Source: Elusimicrobia bacterium HGW-Elusimicrobia-3
GTDB taxonomy: Bacteria > Elusimicrobiota > Elusimicrobia > Elusimicrobiales > UBA9959
Assembly: GCA_002840355.1 (NCBI GenBank)
Contig: PHAL01000006.1
Coordinates: forward strand, 3,303-67,302
Length of the DNA stretch: 64,000 nt
Direction: 5' to 3'
The translations under genes were made by a program, and so were the position numbers. Of this stretch, positions 42,136-52,166 are shown piece after piece; the stretch's first letter is position 1; each line of letters opens with the position of its first letter. The notes under the pieces are model-generated. The model did no database searches. It saw nothing but the letters and a program-made list of their open reading frames with translations, and was not told the origin of the DNA.

Positions 42136-43435
42136 CGTCGGTAGGCTGCACGCCGGTGGGCCGTATGCCGCCGGAGTTCAGCCGGCCGCCGAAAGAGCCG
42201 GTACGCGCGCCGCCCGAAATGGGCCGCAGGCGCGGCAATGAGGACCGCGCGCCCGAGCTGCCGCCCGCGGGAGAACCCATCATGCCGGCTATCCTGGCGC
42301 CCTGGGATCTATTGAAAGCGGCGGTCTCCGCCTCGGCGTCGGTGCCGGAAGCGGCGGGCAGCGCCACGGGGGGCGGCTGGTAGGACACCGTTTCCCCCTG
42401 GGCCCGCGCGCCGCCGCCGGCGCCCGAAGCTCCCAGCGCGGCGAACACCTGCTTGAGCATCAGGAAGATCAGCAGGAAACAGGCCGGGGCCAGCGCGGCG
42501 ATGACGCCGATCTTGAAAACATTGGTCAGGATCTTGAGGCGGTGCAGGTGCCGGGCCTGCGCGGCCTTGCCCAGCCGCAGCATGGTATCGTCCAGCCAGC
42601 CGGCCTTCTCGGCCATCTCCAGCCCCTGCGCGTCCTCTTCCGGCATCAGCGGGGCCATGCTCTCGGTAAAACCCTTGCCGGCGGCGAACAGGTCGGCGGC
42701 GCGCGCGAAGCGGCGGCGGTCCACCGGGTCGTCCTGCGCGAACTGTATCATCACTTCCATCAGGGTGCCCAGCGGCAGGCCGGCCTTGAGCAGCAGGCCG
42801 ATAGTGGTGTAGGTCTGCGAGAGCCGCCCCTGGCTGAGCGCGAAGCGGAAGCCCGGCAGCCAGTGGCCGGCCAGCGACAAAGCTTTGCGGCCCAGGGCCG
42901 AGCGGAGCGAGGAGCGGACCAGGAGGAAAGCGGCTATGGCCGAGACCAGCGCCAGCGGCCAGTTGGCCTTCAGCCAGGCCGCGGCGGCCAGGGCCCAGGC
43001 CGGCCCGGCGTCGCCGCCGCCGGCCTCGCGCAGAGGCTCCGTGATGGCCGGCAGCGCCACGAAGAGGAAGAAGACGAAAAGTCCGGCGGCCGCCAGCACC
43101 GCCACGGCGGGATAGAGCATGGCCCGGCGGATGCGCCGCCCGAACTCCAGCCGCACGTCCAGGCAGTCCGCGTACAGGTCCAGGAATTCCACGGTCTTGC
43201 CGCTCTCCTCGCCGGCGCGCAGCAGCGCCAGGAAGACAGGCGGGAAGCCGCCCTGCGCGGCCAGCGCCTCGTGCATCATCGCACCGCCGGAGGTGAGGGC
43301 GGCGGCGCGGGCTATCAGCCGCCCGTGCTTGCGGGATTTAGCCAGCGTTTCGAAGGCGGAGTTCAGCGGCAGGCCGCTGCGCACGGCGTCGGAGAGCGCC
43401 CTGCAGAAGTTGATGAGCCTTTCTTCGGAGATCAT
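42125..43435 (-). CDS. type II secretion / type IV pilus platform protein family (GspF/PilC-like) with Gly/Ser/Ala-rich C-terminal tail
   Basis: Two T2SSF-like repeats (LSDAVRSGLPLNSAFETLA...; LLKAGLPLGTLMEVM...) with three TM segments. The last ~100 aa are low complexity. Confidence 0.65.
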   Translation of the reverse strand: MISEERLINFCRALSDAVRSGLPLNSAFETLAKSRKHGRLIARAAALTSGGAMMHEALAAQGGFPPVFLALLRAGEESGKTVEFLDLYADCLDVRLEFGRRIRRAMLYPAVAVLAAAGLFVFFLFVALPAITEPLREAGGGDAGPAWALAAAAWLKANWPLALVSAIAAFLLVRSSLRSALGRKALSLAGHWLPGFRFALSQGRLSQTYTTIGLLLKAGLPLGTLMEVMIQFAQDDPVDRRRFARAADLFAAGKGFTESMAPLMPEEDAQGLEMAEKAGWLDDTMLRLGKAAQARHLHRLKILTNVFKIGVIAALAPACFLLIFLMLKQVFAALGASGAGGGARAQGETVSYQPPPVALPAASGTDAEAETAAFNRSQGARIAGMMGSPAGGSSGARSSLPRLRPISGGARTGSFGGRLNSGGIRPTGVQPTDVTR

Positions 43436-43436
43436 A

Positions 43437-45200
43437 TCAGGCGGCGGTGCCGCGCTGGAAGCGGCGCGCGATGTCGCCCCCGGAGAGGTGGAACAGCGTG
43501 GGCCGCCCGTGCGGGCAGTGGTAGCTGTCCTTGGTCTTCCTGAGGTCGTCCATCAGCCGCAGGGCCTCCTGCGGCTTCACGAAGTCGTGCGCCTTGATGG
43601 ATTTCTTGCAGGCCATCGTGGCGATCACGTTGCGCTTGATGTCCTCGGCGGCCCGCTCGGGCTCGCCCAGCACCTCGGACAGGTAGCCCAGGAATTCGGC
43701 GAAGGCCGGCTGGGAGAAATAGAAGAGGGCCGGCGCGGCGCGCAGCAGCGCCACGGCGGGGCCGCGCTGGTCTATCTCGAAACCGGCGGACTTCATCCAG
43801 TCCCGCCATTTCAGCACGGTCTCCATCTGCGAGCGCGACAGCTCGGCCTCGAGAGGCACCAGCAGCGGCTGCACCTTTACCGCGCCCTTGGAAAATTCGT
43901 CCAGGTATTTCTCGAACAGCACGCGCTCCTGCGCCGCGTGCTGGTCCACCACCAGCAGGCCGCCGTCGGCTTCGAACAGCAGGTAGCTCTTGGCCAGCTG
44001 GCCGAGGTAGGCCAGGTCGCGCGCGCGCCAGTCGGGCTGCTCCGCGGCGGAGGCGGGGGAGAGTTGAGGGGCCGCGCCGAACAGGCTGCCGGTCTCGGCG
44101 GCCGGGGCCGGCGGCGCGGCGGCCTCGCGGTAGGCGGGTACGTCGGGCGCGGTGAACTGCCGGCCGGCCTCAGGGGCGGCCATTGCCACCGAGGCGGTCT
44201 GCTTGCTGAGCAGCTCCTCGTAGACTGTGTTGGAGACTGTCTTGAAGATCTCGTTCTCGGAGGAGAATTTCACGTCGCGCTTCTGCGGGTGGATATTGGC
44301 GTCGAAGGCGCCGGGGTCGAGCTCCACGAAGACGGCGCAGGCCGGGTGGCGGCCGGTGAGCATGTGGCCGTAGCCGCGGTACAGGGCCTGCCGCAGCAGC
44401 GCTGAGGACACCGGGCGGCGGTTGACGAAATAGTGCTGGTTGGCGCGCGTGGCACCCAGCGCGTCGGGCCGCGAGACCAGGCCGTAGACGGCCATGCCGG
44501 GGGTCTTGCCCTCCACGCGGGCCAGACCGGCGTAGACGCTTTTGCCGAAGATCGCGGCGGCGCGGTTCTTCAGGTTCTCCCACAGCCCGCCGGGCAGGGC
44601 CGGCAGGTTCAGGATCTCGGCGCCGTCTATCACCAGGCGGAAGGACACTCCGGCGTTGGCCAGCGCGGCCTCCTCCACGGTCTTTATCAAATGCGAGCGC
44701 TCCGCGGCGTCGCTCTTCATGAACTTGGCGCGGGCCGGCGTGTTGAAGAACAGGTCGGCGGCCTCTATCGTGGTGCCCTTCACGGGCGCGGCCGGCAGTT
44801 CGGCTATCACCCGGCCGCCCTCGCCTTCTATGGAATAGCCGGAGTCGGCGCCCGGCTTGAAGGAAGTCAGTTTCAGGCGCGAGACGGCGAAGACGGAATA
44901 CAGCGCCTCGCCCCTGAAACCGAAGGTGGCCAGCGAATAAAGGTCGTCGAAAACGTTGAGCTTGCTGGTGGCGTGGCGGCCGAGGGCCAGGCGCAGGTCC
45001 TCGCGGTCCATGCCGCGCCCGTCGTCGTGCACGCGGATGAGGCCGCGACCGGCTTTCTGTATCTCTATGTCCACGCGGCCGGCCCCGGCGTCCAGGGAAT
45101 TCTCTATGAGTTCCTTCAAGACCGAGGCGGGGCGCTCTATGACCTCGCCGGCGGCGATCTTGGACACCACGTCTTCGGGAAGGACTTTTATTTCCGGCAT
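43437..45200 (-). CDS. mutL: DNA mismatch repair endonuclease MutL
   Basis: GHKL ATPase N-terminus (IAAGEVIERPASVLKELIENSLDAG), endonuclease motif DQHAAQERVLFE, and C-terminal CPHGRP. Confidence 0.9.
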   Translation of the reverse strand: MPEIKVLPEDVVSKIAAGEVIERPASVLKELIENSLDAGAGRVDIEIQKAGRGLIRVHDDGRGMDREDLRLALGRHATSKLNVFDDLYSLATFGFRGEALYSVFAVSRLKLTSFKPGADSGYSIEGEGGRVIAELPAAPVKGTTIEAADLFFNTPARAKFMKSDAAERSHLIKTVEEAALANAGVSFRLVIDGAEILNLPALPGGLWENLKNRAAAIFGKSVYAGLARVEGKTPGMAVYGLVSRPDALGATRANQHYFVNRRPVSSALLRQALYRGYGHMLTGRHPACAVFVELDPGAFDANIHPQKRDVKFSSENEIFKTVSNTVYEELLSKQTASVAMAAPEAGRQFTAPDVPAYREAAAPPAPAAETGSLFGAAPQLSPASAAEQPDWRARDLAYLGQLAKSYLLFEADGGLLVVDQHAAQERVLFEKYLDEFSKGAVKVQPLLVPLEAELSRSQMETVLKWRDWMKSAGFEIDQRGPAVALLRAAPALFYFSQPAFAEFLGYLSEVLGEPERAAEDIKRNVIATMACKKSIKAHDFVKPQEALRLMDDLRKTKDSYHCPHGRPTLFHLSGGDIARRFQRGTAA

Positions 45201-45218
45201 AGGTTAATTTTACCTAAA

Positions 45219-45956
45219 TTACAGGAGGGCTTTCAGCGAGACGGAAACCACGTTGACCAGGGAATGCAGCATGATGTTGACGGGCAGGCGCCGCTCCCGT
45301 TCGTAGACCCAGCAGAAATAAACGCCCACCGGCAGTATGACCGGGGCCGCGGCGCCGTGGAAGAGGGCGAACACCAGCCCGGAGAGGAGCGCGCTGGGCC
45401 AGAAGCCGTTGCGGCGCCTTATGGCCGAATAAAAGATGCGCCGGAAAAAAAGTTCCTCCACCGCCGGGCCAAGCACGAAAGCCGCCAGCAGCGCCGGCAG
45501 CGCGCGCAGCCAGGAAGCCGAGGCGGCGCCGTTAAGCATGGCCGCCTCGGCCGCGCTGTTCTCTGAAATGGGCGCCATGGCCGTCCTCGCCCCGTCGCCG
45601 CCGAACCAGGCCAGCGCCAGCAGCGCCACGGCCAGCGAGAGGCCGATCAGGACATAGCCGCCGAAATACTTTACCGCCAGGACCGCGTCGCGGGGGAAGT
45701 TGCGGGTCCAGTCCGCCAAAGCATGGCGCCAGGAAACCCCCAGGCCGCCCAGTACGGCGACCGAAGCCAGGCCGGTGGCCAGCAGGGCGGGGATATAGGC
45801 TTCGAAGGAATTCAGCCCGAAGTCCCAGCGCCGCCCGGCGGCCAGGCCCAGCGCCGAAGCCCCGGCCTGCAGCAGCACGACGGCGGCGGTAAGGGCCCAG
45901 AGGCGGCCGTAATGGCCGTAGGTTGGCGTCCCGTCGAAAGGGTTTTTGTCTTGCAT
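45219..45956 (-). CDS. CPBP (CAAX) family intramembrane glutamic endopeptidase
   Basis: EELFFRR motif, FALFH motif and HSLVN motif within a multi-TM protein. Confidence 0.75.
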   Translation of the reverse strand: MQDKNPFDGTPTYGHYGRLWALTAAVVLLQAGASALGLAAGRRWDFGLNSFEAYIPALLATGLASVAVLGGLGVSWRHALADWTRNFPRDAVLAVKYFGGYVLIGLSLAVALLALAWFGGDGARTAMAPISENSAAEAAMLNGAASASWLRALPALLAAFVLGPAVEELFFRRIFYSAIRRRNGFWPSALLSGLVFALFHGAAAPVILPVGVYFCWVYERERRLPVNIMLHSLVNVVSVSLKALL

Positions 45957-46004
45957 AAGAAAAGAACCCGGGCTGGCTGCCCGGGTTCGCCGAGGCCGGG
46001 CGCC

Positions 46005-47168
46005 CTAGAGCGGCGGCTGAGCCGGGCCGTTCTGGCCGGCCTTCGCGGCGTAGTCCAGCGCGTAAGTATAGGAACCGAGCGAGCCCGTTACGGCCGAGCC
46101 GAGCACCGGCAGGCCGGCGGCGCTAAAAGCGGCCGCCTTGGCGGCCAGCGCCTCCTCGGCCTCGCGCTCGAAAGTAAAAGTCTCGGAAGCCTGGTAAGTC
46201 TGCACGGCCGCGGAAGGGATCACGCCGCCCTGCTGGTAGATGTTGCCCACCAGGAAATCCACGGCGTACGAATAGTCGCGGCCGGCGGGGCGCACGACGG
46301 AAGAGAGCGGGGGCAGACCGGCCCTGGCGAAGGCGGGCAGCGCGGCCCGGCCGGCCTTGGCGGCTTCCTTGTCGAAAGCGAAGGTTTCCCTGGCGTCGTA
46401 GCGGACCACCGCGTACTGGGGCCGTCGGCCGGAGGCATTGGTCCTAACGGCGTATTCCACTTCCACCGAGTAGTCTCGGTCGGGGCGGCGCACGGCGCGG
46501 CCGCGGATGGCCGTCAATCCGGCCCGCTTGAACAGCGCCAGGTAGGAGGGGACCGCCTCCTCGGCCTCGCGCTCGAAGGTAAACTTGCCGCCCGTATATT
46601 TATCGAATTTTACCGCGTACTCCCGGGAAGGGCGCAGCAGGTTCTTCACCACATAATCCACGGCGAAAGCCTCGTCGTTGCCAACGTCGTAAAGATAGGA
46701 GCCCAGCACGGCCAGGCGAGCGGCGCGGAAATTAGCCGCGGCGGCCCGCATGGCCTCCTCCGCCTCTTTGGTCAGCCAGTAGGCCTCGCCGTTCCTGTAG
46801 GTTTCCACCAGCACGGCGGGCGGCAGGGCGGCGTCGCCTTTTACCGAGGGCAGGTACTCGATGACGAAAGTATAATCGTTGCCCCGCTCCGTCACGCGGC
46901 CGCCCAGCGTGGTCACGCCGGCGGCGCGCAGCGCGGCCACGCGGGCGTTCAGGGCCTCCTCGGCCTCGCTCTCGAAAGTGAATTCCTCTTCGGTGGTATA
47001 GTTGGCGATGGTCACGCCGGGAGGCGTTACCGGGGCGGGGCCGTGGGGCTGCACGTAAGGGACCGGCGGCAGGTCGCCCGCCGAATACGAGCCGAGCTCG
47101 AAAGAGCCGGCGAAAGAAAGCGTGGAGAAGATTATTACGGACAGAACTGCGGCGGCGGTTTTGAACAT
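46005..47168 (-). CDS. exported protein built of five tandem ~67 aa repeats
   Basis: Signal peptide MFKTAAAVLSVIIFSTLSFA. Repeats share Y..x.E.FTFE[RS]EAEEA...AG[LV]....V...G.DY...[VI][DE]Y. Confidence 0.55.
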   Translation of the reverse strand: MFKTAAAVLSVIIFSTLSFAGSFELGSYSAGDLPPVPYVQPHGPAPVTPPGVTIANYTTEEEFTFESEAEEALNARVAALRAAGVTTLGGRVTERGNDYTFVIEYLPSVKGDAALPPAVLVETYRNGEAYWLTKEAEEAMRAAAANFRAARLAVLGSYLYDVGNDEAFAVDYVVKNLLRPSREYAVKFDKYTGGKFTFEREAEEAVPSYLALFKRAGLTAIRGRAVRRPDRDYSVEVEYAVRTNASGRRPQYAVVRYDARETFAFDKEAAKAGRAALPAFARAGLPPLSSVVRPAGRDYSYAVDFLVGNIYQQGGVIPSAAVQTYQASETFTFEREAEEALAAKAAAFSAAGLPVLGSAVTGSLGSYTYALDYAAKAGQNGPAQPPL

Positions 47169-47272
47169 TGGGCCTCCCTCTTACCCTTTAATTATAATAA
47201 GTAAAGGCCGCCGCCGTATGGGCCATTGGGCCATAAATCCGGTGGGTCCTAAGGACGGAAGACAAGCGGCGC

Positions 47273-47626
47273 TCAGTCGGGGGCGCGCTCGGCCTGGGCT
47301 ATATATTCGTTGATATGCGGCAGCAGCCGCTCCACGGCGCTGCGCACCTCGGGCACCAGGGACAGCTCCCTGCGGGAGGCTTTCTCCACCAGCACCAGCG
47401 TCTTAAACAGCAGCCCCCTGGCGGTGTAGAGGTAATGCATGCGGCCGTGGCGGCTGCGGTGGCTGTGGCTTTCGGCTATACTGGCGTTGACCGAGTCTAT
47501 GCTGTTGACCAGCTCTTTGCCTATGGTGTCGCGGCAAAAAAGATCCCAGTTCAGCACATCCTTCCAGATGCTGTCGGAGATATTCTCGGATTCCCTGAAT
47601 ATATGCAGTTCTTTGATTGTTTCCAT
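47273..47626 (-). CDS. four-helix-bundle protein (23S rRNA intervening-sequence-protein-like family)
   Basis: IWKDVLNWD..., GKELVNSIDSVNASIAESHSHRS....Y.ARG...L pattern is typical of this family. Start chosen at METIKEL, which has a G-rich RBS. Confidence 0.55.
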   Translation of the reverse strand: METIKELHIFRESENISDSIWKDVLNWDLFCRDTIGKELVNSIDSVNASIAESHSHRSRHGRMHYLYTARGLLFKTLVLVEKASRRELSLVPEVRSAVERLLPHINEYIAQAERAPD

Positions 47627-47761
47627 GGTCCCCCCGGACGCGGCAACGCCGGCCGGCTGCACCTGCGGCGCCGGCTCTGCGGTCCTTGCCTTGTCTTAAA
47701 ACCCCACGGGTAGTCTATTTAAAATGCGCGGACCCGTCAACAACCCGGCCGGGCGGCCGGG

Positions 47762-50338
47762 CTAATCTTTCAGGCGGCGCTTCCAGTCGGCGAGGGCGGA
47801 CAGGGCCTGCAGGGGCGTCATGTTGTCGGCGTCGCACTGCTTGACCTCGTCCAGGACGGGGTGGCCGGAGAAGAGCGGGAACAGCGGGGTCTGGTTCTCG
47901 TCGGAGGCCGCCACCTTGATGTTGCCCTTGGTCTCCAGCGTGTGCAGGATCTCGCGGGCGCGGTTGATGGCGCTCTCGGGCAGGCCGGCCAGCTGGGCCA
48001 CGTGGATGCCGTAGGACTTGTCGGCGGGGCCGTTGGCGATCTTGTGCAGGAACACCACCTCGGTCTTGCCGAGGGCGTTGGTCCATTCCTTGACGGCGAT
48101 GTTGCAGTTCTTGACGCCCGAGAACTTCTCGGCCAGCTCGGTCAGTTCGAAATAATGGGTGGCGAACAGCACCTTGGGGCCGCCCTCGGGCTTGTAGAGG
48201 TGCTCGACCACGGCCCAGGCGATGGAGATGCCGTCGAAGGTGGAGGTGCCGCGGCCCACCTCGTCGAGCAGCAGCAGGCTCCTGGGGGTGGCCAGGCGCA
48301 TGATCGCCGAGGTCTCGCGCATCTCCACCATGAAGGTGGACTCGCCGCGCGACATCCGGTCCTGCGCGCCGATGCGGGTCATGATGCGGTCCACCACGCC
48401 TATCTCGGCGGCGCGGGCCGGCACGAAGGAGCCGATCTGGGCCAGGATCACCGTGACGGCGGCCTGGCGCAGGTAGACGCTCTTGCCGCTCATGTTGGGG
48501 CCGGTGAGGATGATGACGCTGGCGCCCTCGCCGCCGAGCTCCAGGTCGTTGGGCACGAAGGTGCCCGGGGGCAGGAAGCGCTCCACGGCGGGGTGGCGCC
48601 CCTCCTCGACCTTCAGCAGGCCGCCGGAATTCACCTTGGGGCGGGAGAACTCGTAGCGCACGGCGCTCTCGGACAGCGCGTAGAACACGTCCAGCTCGGC
48701 GGCGCCGGAGGCGAAGACCTTGATCTCGCCGAGCGAGGCCTTGACCTTCTCGCGCAGCCCGCCGAAGAGGTGCGTCTCCAGCTTGGACATCTTCTCCTCG
48801 GCGCCCAGGATCTTGTTCTCCAGGACCTTGAGCTCCTCGGTGATGTAGCGCTCGGCGTTGACGAGCGTCTGCTTGCGCACGAAATAATGGGGCACGCGCT
48901 GCGACTGGGCCTTGGACACCTCGATAAAATAGCCGAAGACGCTGTTATAGCCCACCTTCAGCGTGGCGATGCCCGTCTTCTCCCGCTCGCGCAGCTCGAT
49001 GTCGGTCAGCAGCTTCTGGCTGTCGCGGCGCACGAGGCGCAGCTCGTCCAGCTCGGGGCTGTAGCCGTCGCGGACCACGCCGCCGTCCGAGAGGCGGGCC
49101 GGCGGGTTATCGGCCAGGGCGCGCTCCAGCTCGGCGCGCAGGCTGTTGAGCGCGTGCGAGGCGGCGTCCAGTCGGCTGGCCAGCTCGGGCGCGCACTCGA
49201 AGAAGCCGGCCGAGCTCAGCAGCAGCTTCAGGCGCGGGAGCTGGGAGAGGGCCTTGCGCACGGCTCCTAGGTCGCGCGGGGAGGCGGAAAGGTTGATCAC
49301 GCGGCCGAGCAGCCGCTCTATGTCGGGCACCTGCGACAGGATCTCGCCGAGCTGCTCGCGGCTCTCGCGGCCCTCGGCCAGGAAGGCCGTGAAGGCCTGG
49401 CGGGAATGGATCTCGCGCAGGTCGGTCAGCGGCTCCAGGATCCAGCGCCGCAGCAGGCGCGAGCCCATGGAGGTGCGGCACAGGTCCAGCACGCCCCAGA
49501 GCGTCTTGGAATCGTCGCCGTCGGGCCCGGTGACCAGCTCCAGCGTCTTGATGGCGGACTCGTCGAGCTGCAGCCGGTTGGCCGGCTCGTAATAGGACGG
49601 GGCGAAGACTTCCTTGAGCCCGGGCTGCGTCTGCCGCACGTAGGCGGCGGCCTTAAGCGCGGTCTTCATGGCCAGCTTGTGGTTCTGCCAGACGCCCTGA
49701 GAGGCCCAGGCGGGGGGGGCGGCGTCGCCGCGTGAGAACTCGGTGAGCGGCACCGCGCCGAAGGTCAGGCCGCGCCGCTGTATCTCCTTCATCGTGCGCG
49801 CGTCGGCCAGGATCTCGGCCGGACCGGTCTTGGAGACGAAGGACAGCAGCTGGTAAAAATCGGGGTCGTTGAGGTTCTGCGTGGCCAGGAAGTCGCCGGT
49901 GGACACGTCGAAAGAGGCCAGGCCCCAGCCGACGATGTCGAGCTCGAGGGCCACCAGGTAGCGGCTGTTGCGGGGCTGCAGCAGCTCGTCCTCCACCACG
50001 GTGCCGGGAGTGATCAGGCGCACCACCTCGCGCCTGAACAGCTTGGTCTTCTTGGAGTCGCCGGAGGGCGCGACCTGCTCGCAGATGGCCACCTTGTGGC
50101 CGGCGGCCAGCAGGCGGGCGATATAGTTAGTGGCGGAATGGTGCGGCACGCCGCACATCGGCACGCTCTGGCGCGCGGTCAGCGTCAGGCCCAGCTCGGC
50201 GCTGGCCGTCCTGGCGTCGTCGTAAAAGAGTTCGTAGAAGTCGCCCAGGCGGAAGAAGAGCAGGGCGTGAGGATAGGCGTTCTTCAGCGCCTGGTACTGC
50301 TGCATCAGCGGGGTCTCGGGAGTTTCAACCTGGGTCAT
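47762..50338 (-). CDS. mutS: DNA mismatch repair protein MutS
   Basis: TPLMQQY..K......LLFFRLGDFYELF mismatch-binding domain, Walker A GPNMSGKS, and DEVGRGTST. Confidence 0.95.
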   Translation of the reverse strand: MTQVETPETPLMQQYQALKNAYPHALLFFRLGDFYELFYDDARTASAELGLTLTARQSVPMCGVPHHSATNYIARLLAAGHKVAICEQVAPSGDSKKTKLFRREVVRLITPGTVVEDELLQPRNSRYLVALELDIVGWGLASFDVSTGDFLATQNLNDPDFYQLLSFVSKTGPAEILADARTMKEIQRRGLTFGAVPLTEFSRGDAAPPAWASQGVWQNHKLAMKTALKAAAYVRQTQPGLKEVFAPSYYEPANRLQLDESAIKTLELVTGPDGDDSKTLWGVLDLCRTSMGSRLLRRWILEPLTDLREIHSRQAFTAFLAEGRESREQLGEILSQVPDIERLLGRVINLSASPRDLGAVRKALSQLPRLKLLLSSAGFFECAPELASRLDAASHALNSLRAELERALADNPPARLSDGGVVRDGYSPELDELRLVRRDSQKLLTDIELREREKTGIATLKVGYNSVFGYFIEVSKAQSQRVPHYFVRKQTLVNAERYITEELKVLENKILGAEEKMSKLETHLFGGLREKVKASLGEIKVFASGAAELDVFYALSESAVRYEFSRPKVNSGGLLKVEEGRHPAVERFLPPGTFVPNDLELGGEGASVIILTGPNMSGKSVYLRQAAVTVILAQIGSFVPARAAEIGVVDRIMTRIGAQDRMSRGESTFMVEMRETSAIMRLATPRSLLLLDEVGRGTSTFDGISIAWAVVEHLYKPEGGPKVLFATHYFELTELAEKFSGVKNCNIAVKEWTNALGKTEVVFLHKIANGPADKSYGIHVAQLAGLPESAINRAREILHTLETKGNIKVAASDENQTPLFPLFSGHPVLDEVKQCDADNMTPLQALSALADWKRRLKD

Positions 50339-50358
50339 AATGTGGCCTTTCCGCGGTT

Positions 50359-51333
50359 TTACCTCGTATATTGTATCAAAAGCTCTTCCGCCTCTTTAAG
50401 GGTCTTGAGGCTCATGAAGGCCCCGCGCGCGGCGGCCGCGCCGGGCAGGCCCTTGAGCCAGTAGCCGACCAGCTTGCGGGCCCTGGCCAGGCCGTGCTCC
50501 TCGCCGTAGATGCCGGCGTTGAGCTCGAGGAAGCGCAGAAAAAGGCGGACGCGCTCGGCGTCGGAAGGCGGCGGCATTTCGCCGCCGGAGAGGCCGGCCG
50601 CTATCTCGGAGAAGACGGCCGGGTTGAAGACCGCGGCGCGGCCCACGGCCACGCCGGCGCAGCCGGCCTCCAGCAGGGCGCGCGCGCCGGCCGCGTTCTC
50701 CACGCCGCCGTTGCCGAAAACGGGGATGCCGGCCGCGGCGGCGGTTTCGGCCATATAGTCCAGGTTCACCGGGCCGGTATGGAACTGCGTGGCGGGGCGG
50801 CCGTGCAGCGTGATGGCCGAGGCCCCGGCTTCCTCCGACACCCGGGCCAGCAGCGGGCCGAGGTTCTCGCCGGCCTCCAGGCCCACGCGGAACTTAACCG
50901 TGACGGGGATCTTCACGCTTTTGACCATGCGGGAGAGTATGTCCCCCAGCAGCAGGGGCGCCTTCATCAGTTCGGCGCCGGCGCCGGAGCGCCGCACCTT
51001 CCTGACCGGGCAGCCGGCGTTGACGTCCACGAGGGCCGCGCCGGCGCGCTCGGCGGCCTGCGCCGCGTGCGCCATGGTGGCGGGGTCCGCGCCGAATACC
51101 TGTATCGCCACAGGGCCCTCGCCGGGCCGCAGGTCCAGCATACGGAAGGATTTCTTGTTGCCGTACTTGATGCTGTCGGCCGAGACCATCTCGGTGACCA
51201 CCAGGCCGGCGCCGCCGCCGGCCGCCAGGATGCGGAAGGCCGCGTTGGTGATGCCGGCCATCGGGGCCAGCGCCAGGTTGTTCTTTAAATTAACGCCGCC
51301 CAGCGTGAGCGGACGGAGCAGCGGTGTGGTCAC
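50359..51333 (-). CDS. dus: tRNA-dihydrouridine synthase
   Basis: LAPMAGITNAAFR, VDVNAGCPV (catalytic Cys), and a TIM-barrel FMN pattern (ITLHGR). Confidence 0.85.
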   Translation of the reverse strand: MTTPLLRPLTLGGVNLKNNLALAPMAGITNAAFRILAAGGGAGLVVTEMVSADSIKYGNKKSFRMLDLRPGEGPVAIQVFGADPATMAHAAQAAERAGAALVDVNAGCPVRKVRRSGAGAELMKAPLLLGDILSRMVKSVKIPVTVKFRVGLEAGENLGPLLARVSEEAGASAITLHGRPATQFHTGPVNLDYMAETAAAAGIPVFGNGGVENAAGARALLEAGCAGVAVGRAAVFNPAVFSEIAAGLSGGEMPPPSDAERVRLFLRFLELNAGIYGEEHGLARARKLVGYWLKGLPGAAAARGAFMSLKTLKEAEELLIQYTR

Positions 51334-52088
51334 GGTTTGATGGTGTAATTGCCGTCGTGGGCCAGGTGGAAATCGCGCGGGGCGCGGCGGAACAGCGGTC
51401 CGGTCTCGCGGGCGGGCGCGCCTATCTTCTTCAGGACGTTAAGCTGGAAGGTCATCGCGCGGTCCTCCACGTACAGGATCGCGTCCATGCCCTTGTAGTC
51501 GAGGCTCATGGGATTCGCCTCCACGGCGAAGTCGGCCTTCTCTCCGGGCGGGGGGACGCCGCGGCCTTTTTTCCTGCCGGTGGACCGCTCGTAGGCGGCG
51601 TGCCAGGCCTGGTGGGCCAGCACCCCGGCGCACCAGGTGAGGGAGCGGAAAGCGTGGTCGGCCGACAGCGCCGCCACCGGCTTGCCGTCCTCCAGGTAAA
51701 AGCCGGTCAGGTTATCCTGCCTGACCACGTAAATGTTCCTGCGGATGAAAAGGAAGGTCTCCCGGTCGGCCATCCAGATGAGCTTCAGCGCCCCGGTGAC
51801 CTGGCTCTTGAAGGCCGGCGGGCCCTGTATGTCCAGGCCGGCCTTGGGGTCATAAGCCTCGGGGAGCACGCTGGCCGGCGCGGCCGCGGCGGGGGCCGGC
51901 GCGGCCCCGGCCTCTTCCTGCGAGGCGGTGCCGAAGATAGCGGCGCTGCCGGCGGCCGGCGCGGCCTCGTGGGAGCCCGGCAGGCGGCCCTGGACAAAAT
52001 ACCAGACGCCGGCGCCCATCAGCGCCAGCGGCAGCAGGGCCAGCGCCTTGCGGGTGAAGAAAGAGTTCCTGTGCTCGGTTTCGGGCAT
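51330..52088 (-). CDS. hypothetical membrane-anchored protein
   Basis: N-terminal TM segment (ALALLPLALMGAGVWYFV). 4-nt overlap with the dus start. I found no recognisable motif. Confidence 0.45.
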   Translation of the reverse strand: MPETEHRNSFFTRKALALLPLALMGAGVWYFVQGRLPGSHEAAPAAGSAAIFGTASQEEAGAAPAPAAAAPASVLPEAYDPKAGLDIQGPPAFKSQVTGALKLIWMADRETFLFIRRNIYVVRQDNLTGFYLEDGKPVAALSADHAFRSLTWCAGVLAHQAWHAAYERSTGRKKGRGVPPPGEKADFAVEANPMSLDYKGMDAILYVEDRAMTFQLNVLKKIGAPARETGPLFRRAPRDFHLAHDGNYTIKP

Positions 52089-52166
52089 AGCTCTGAAAAA
52101 CGGAAAGCGGAAACGGCAAAGATCAAAAGCACCTTTCGTTCCCGCTTTCCGGCTTGCGCCTCGCGC

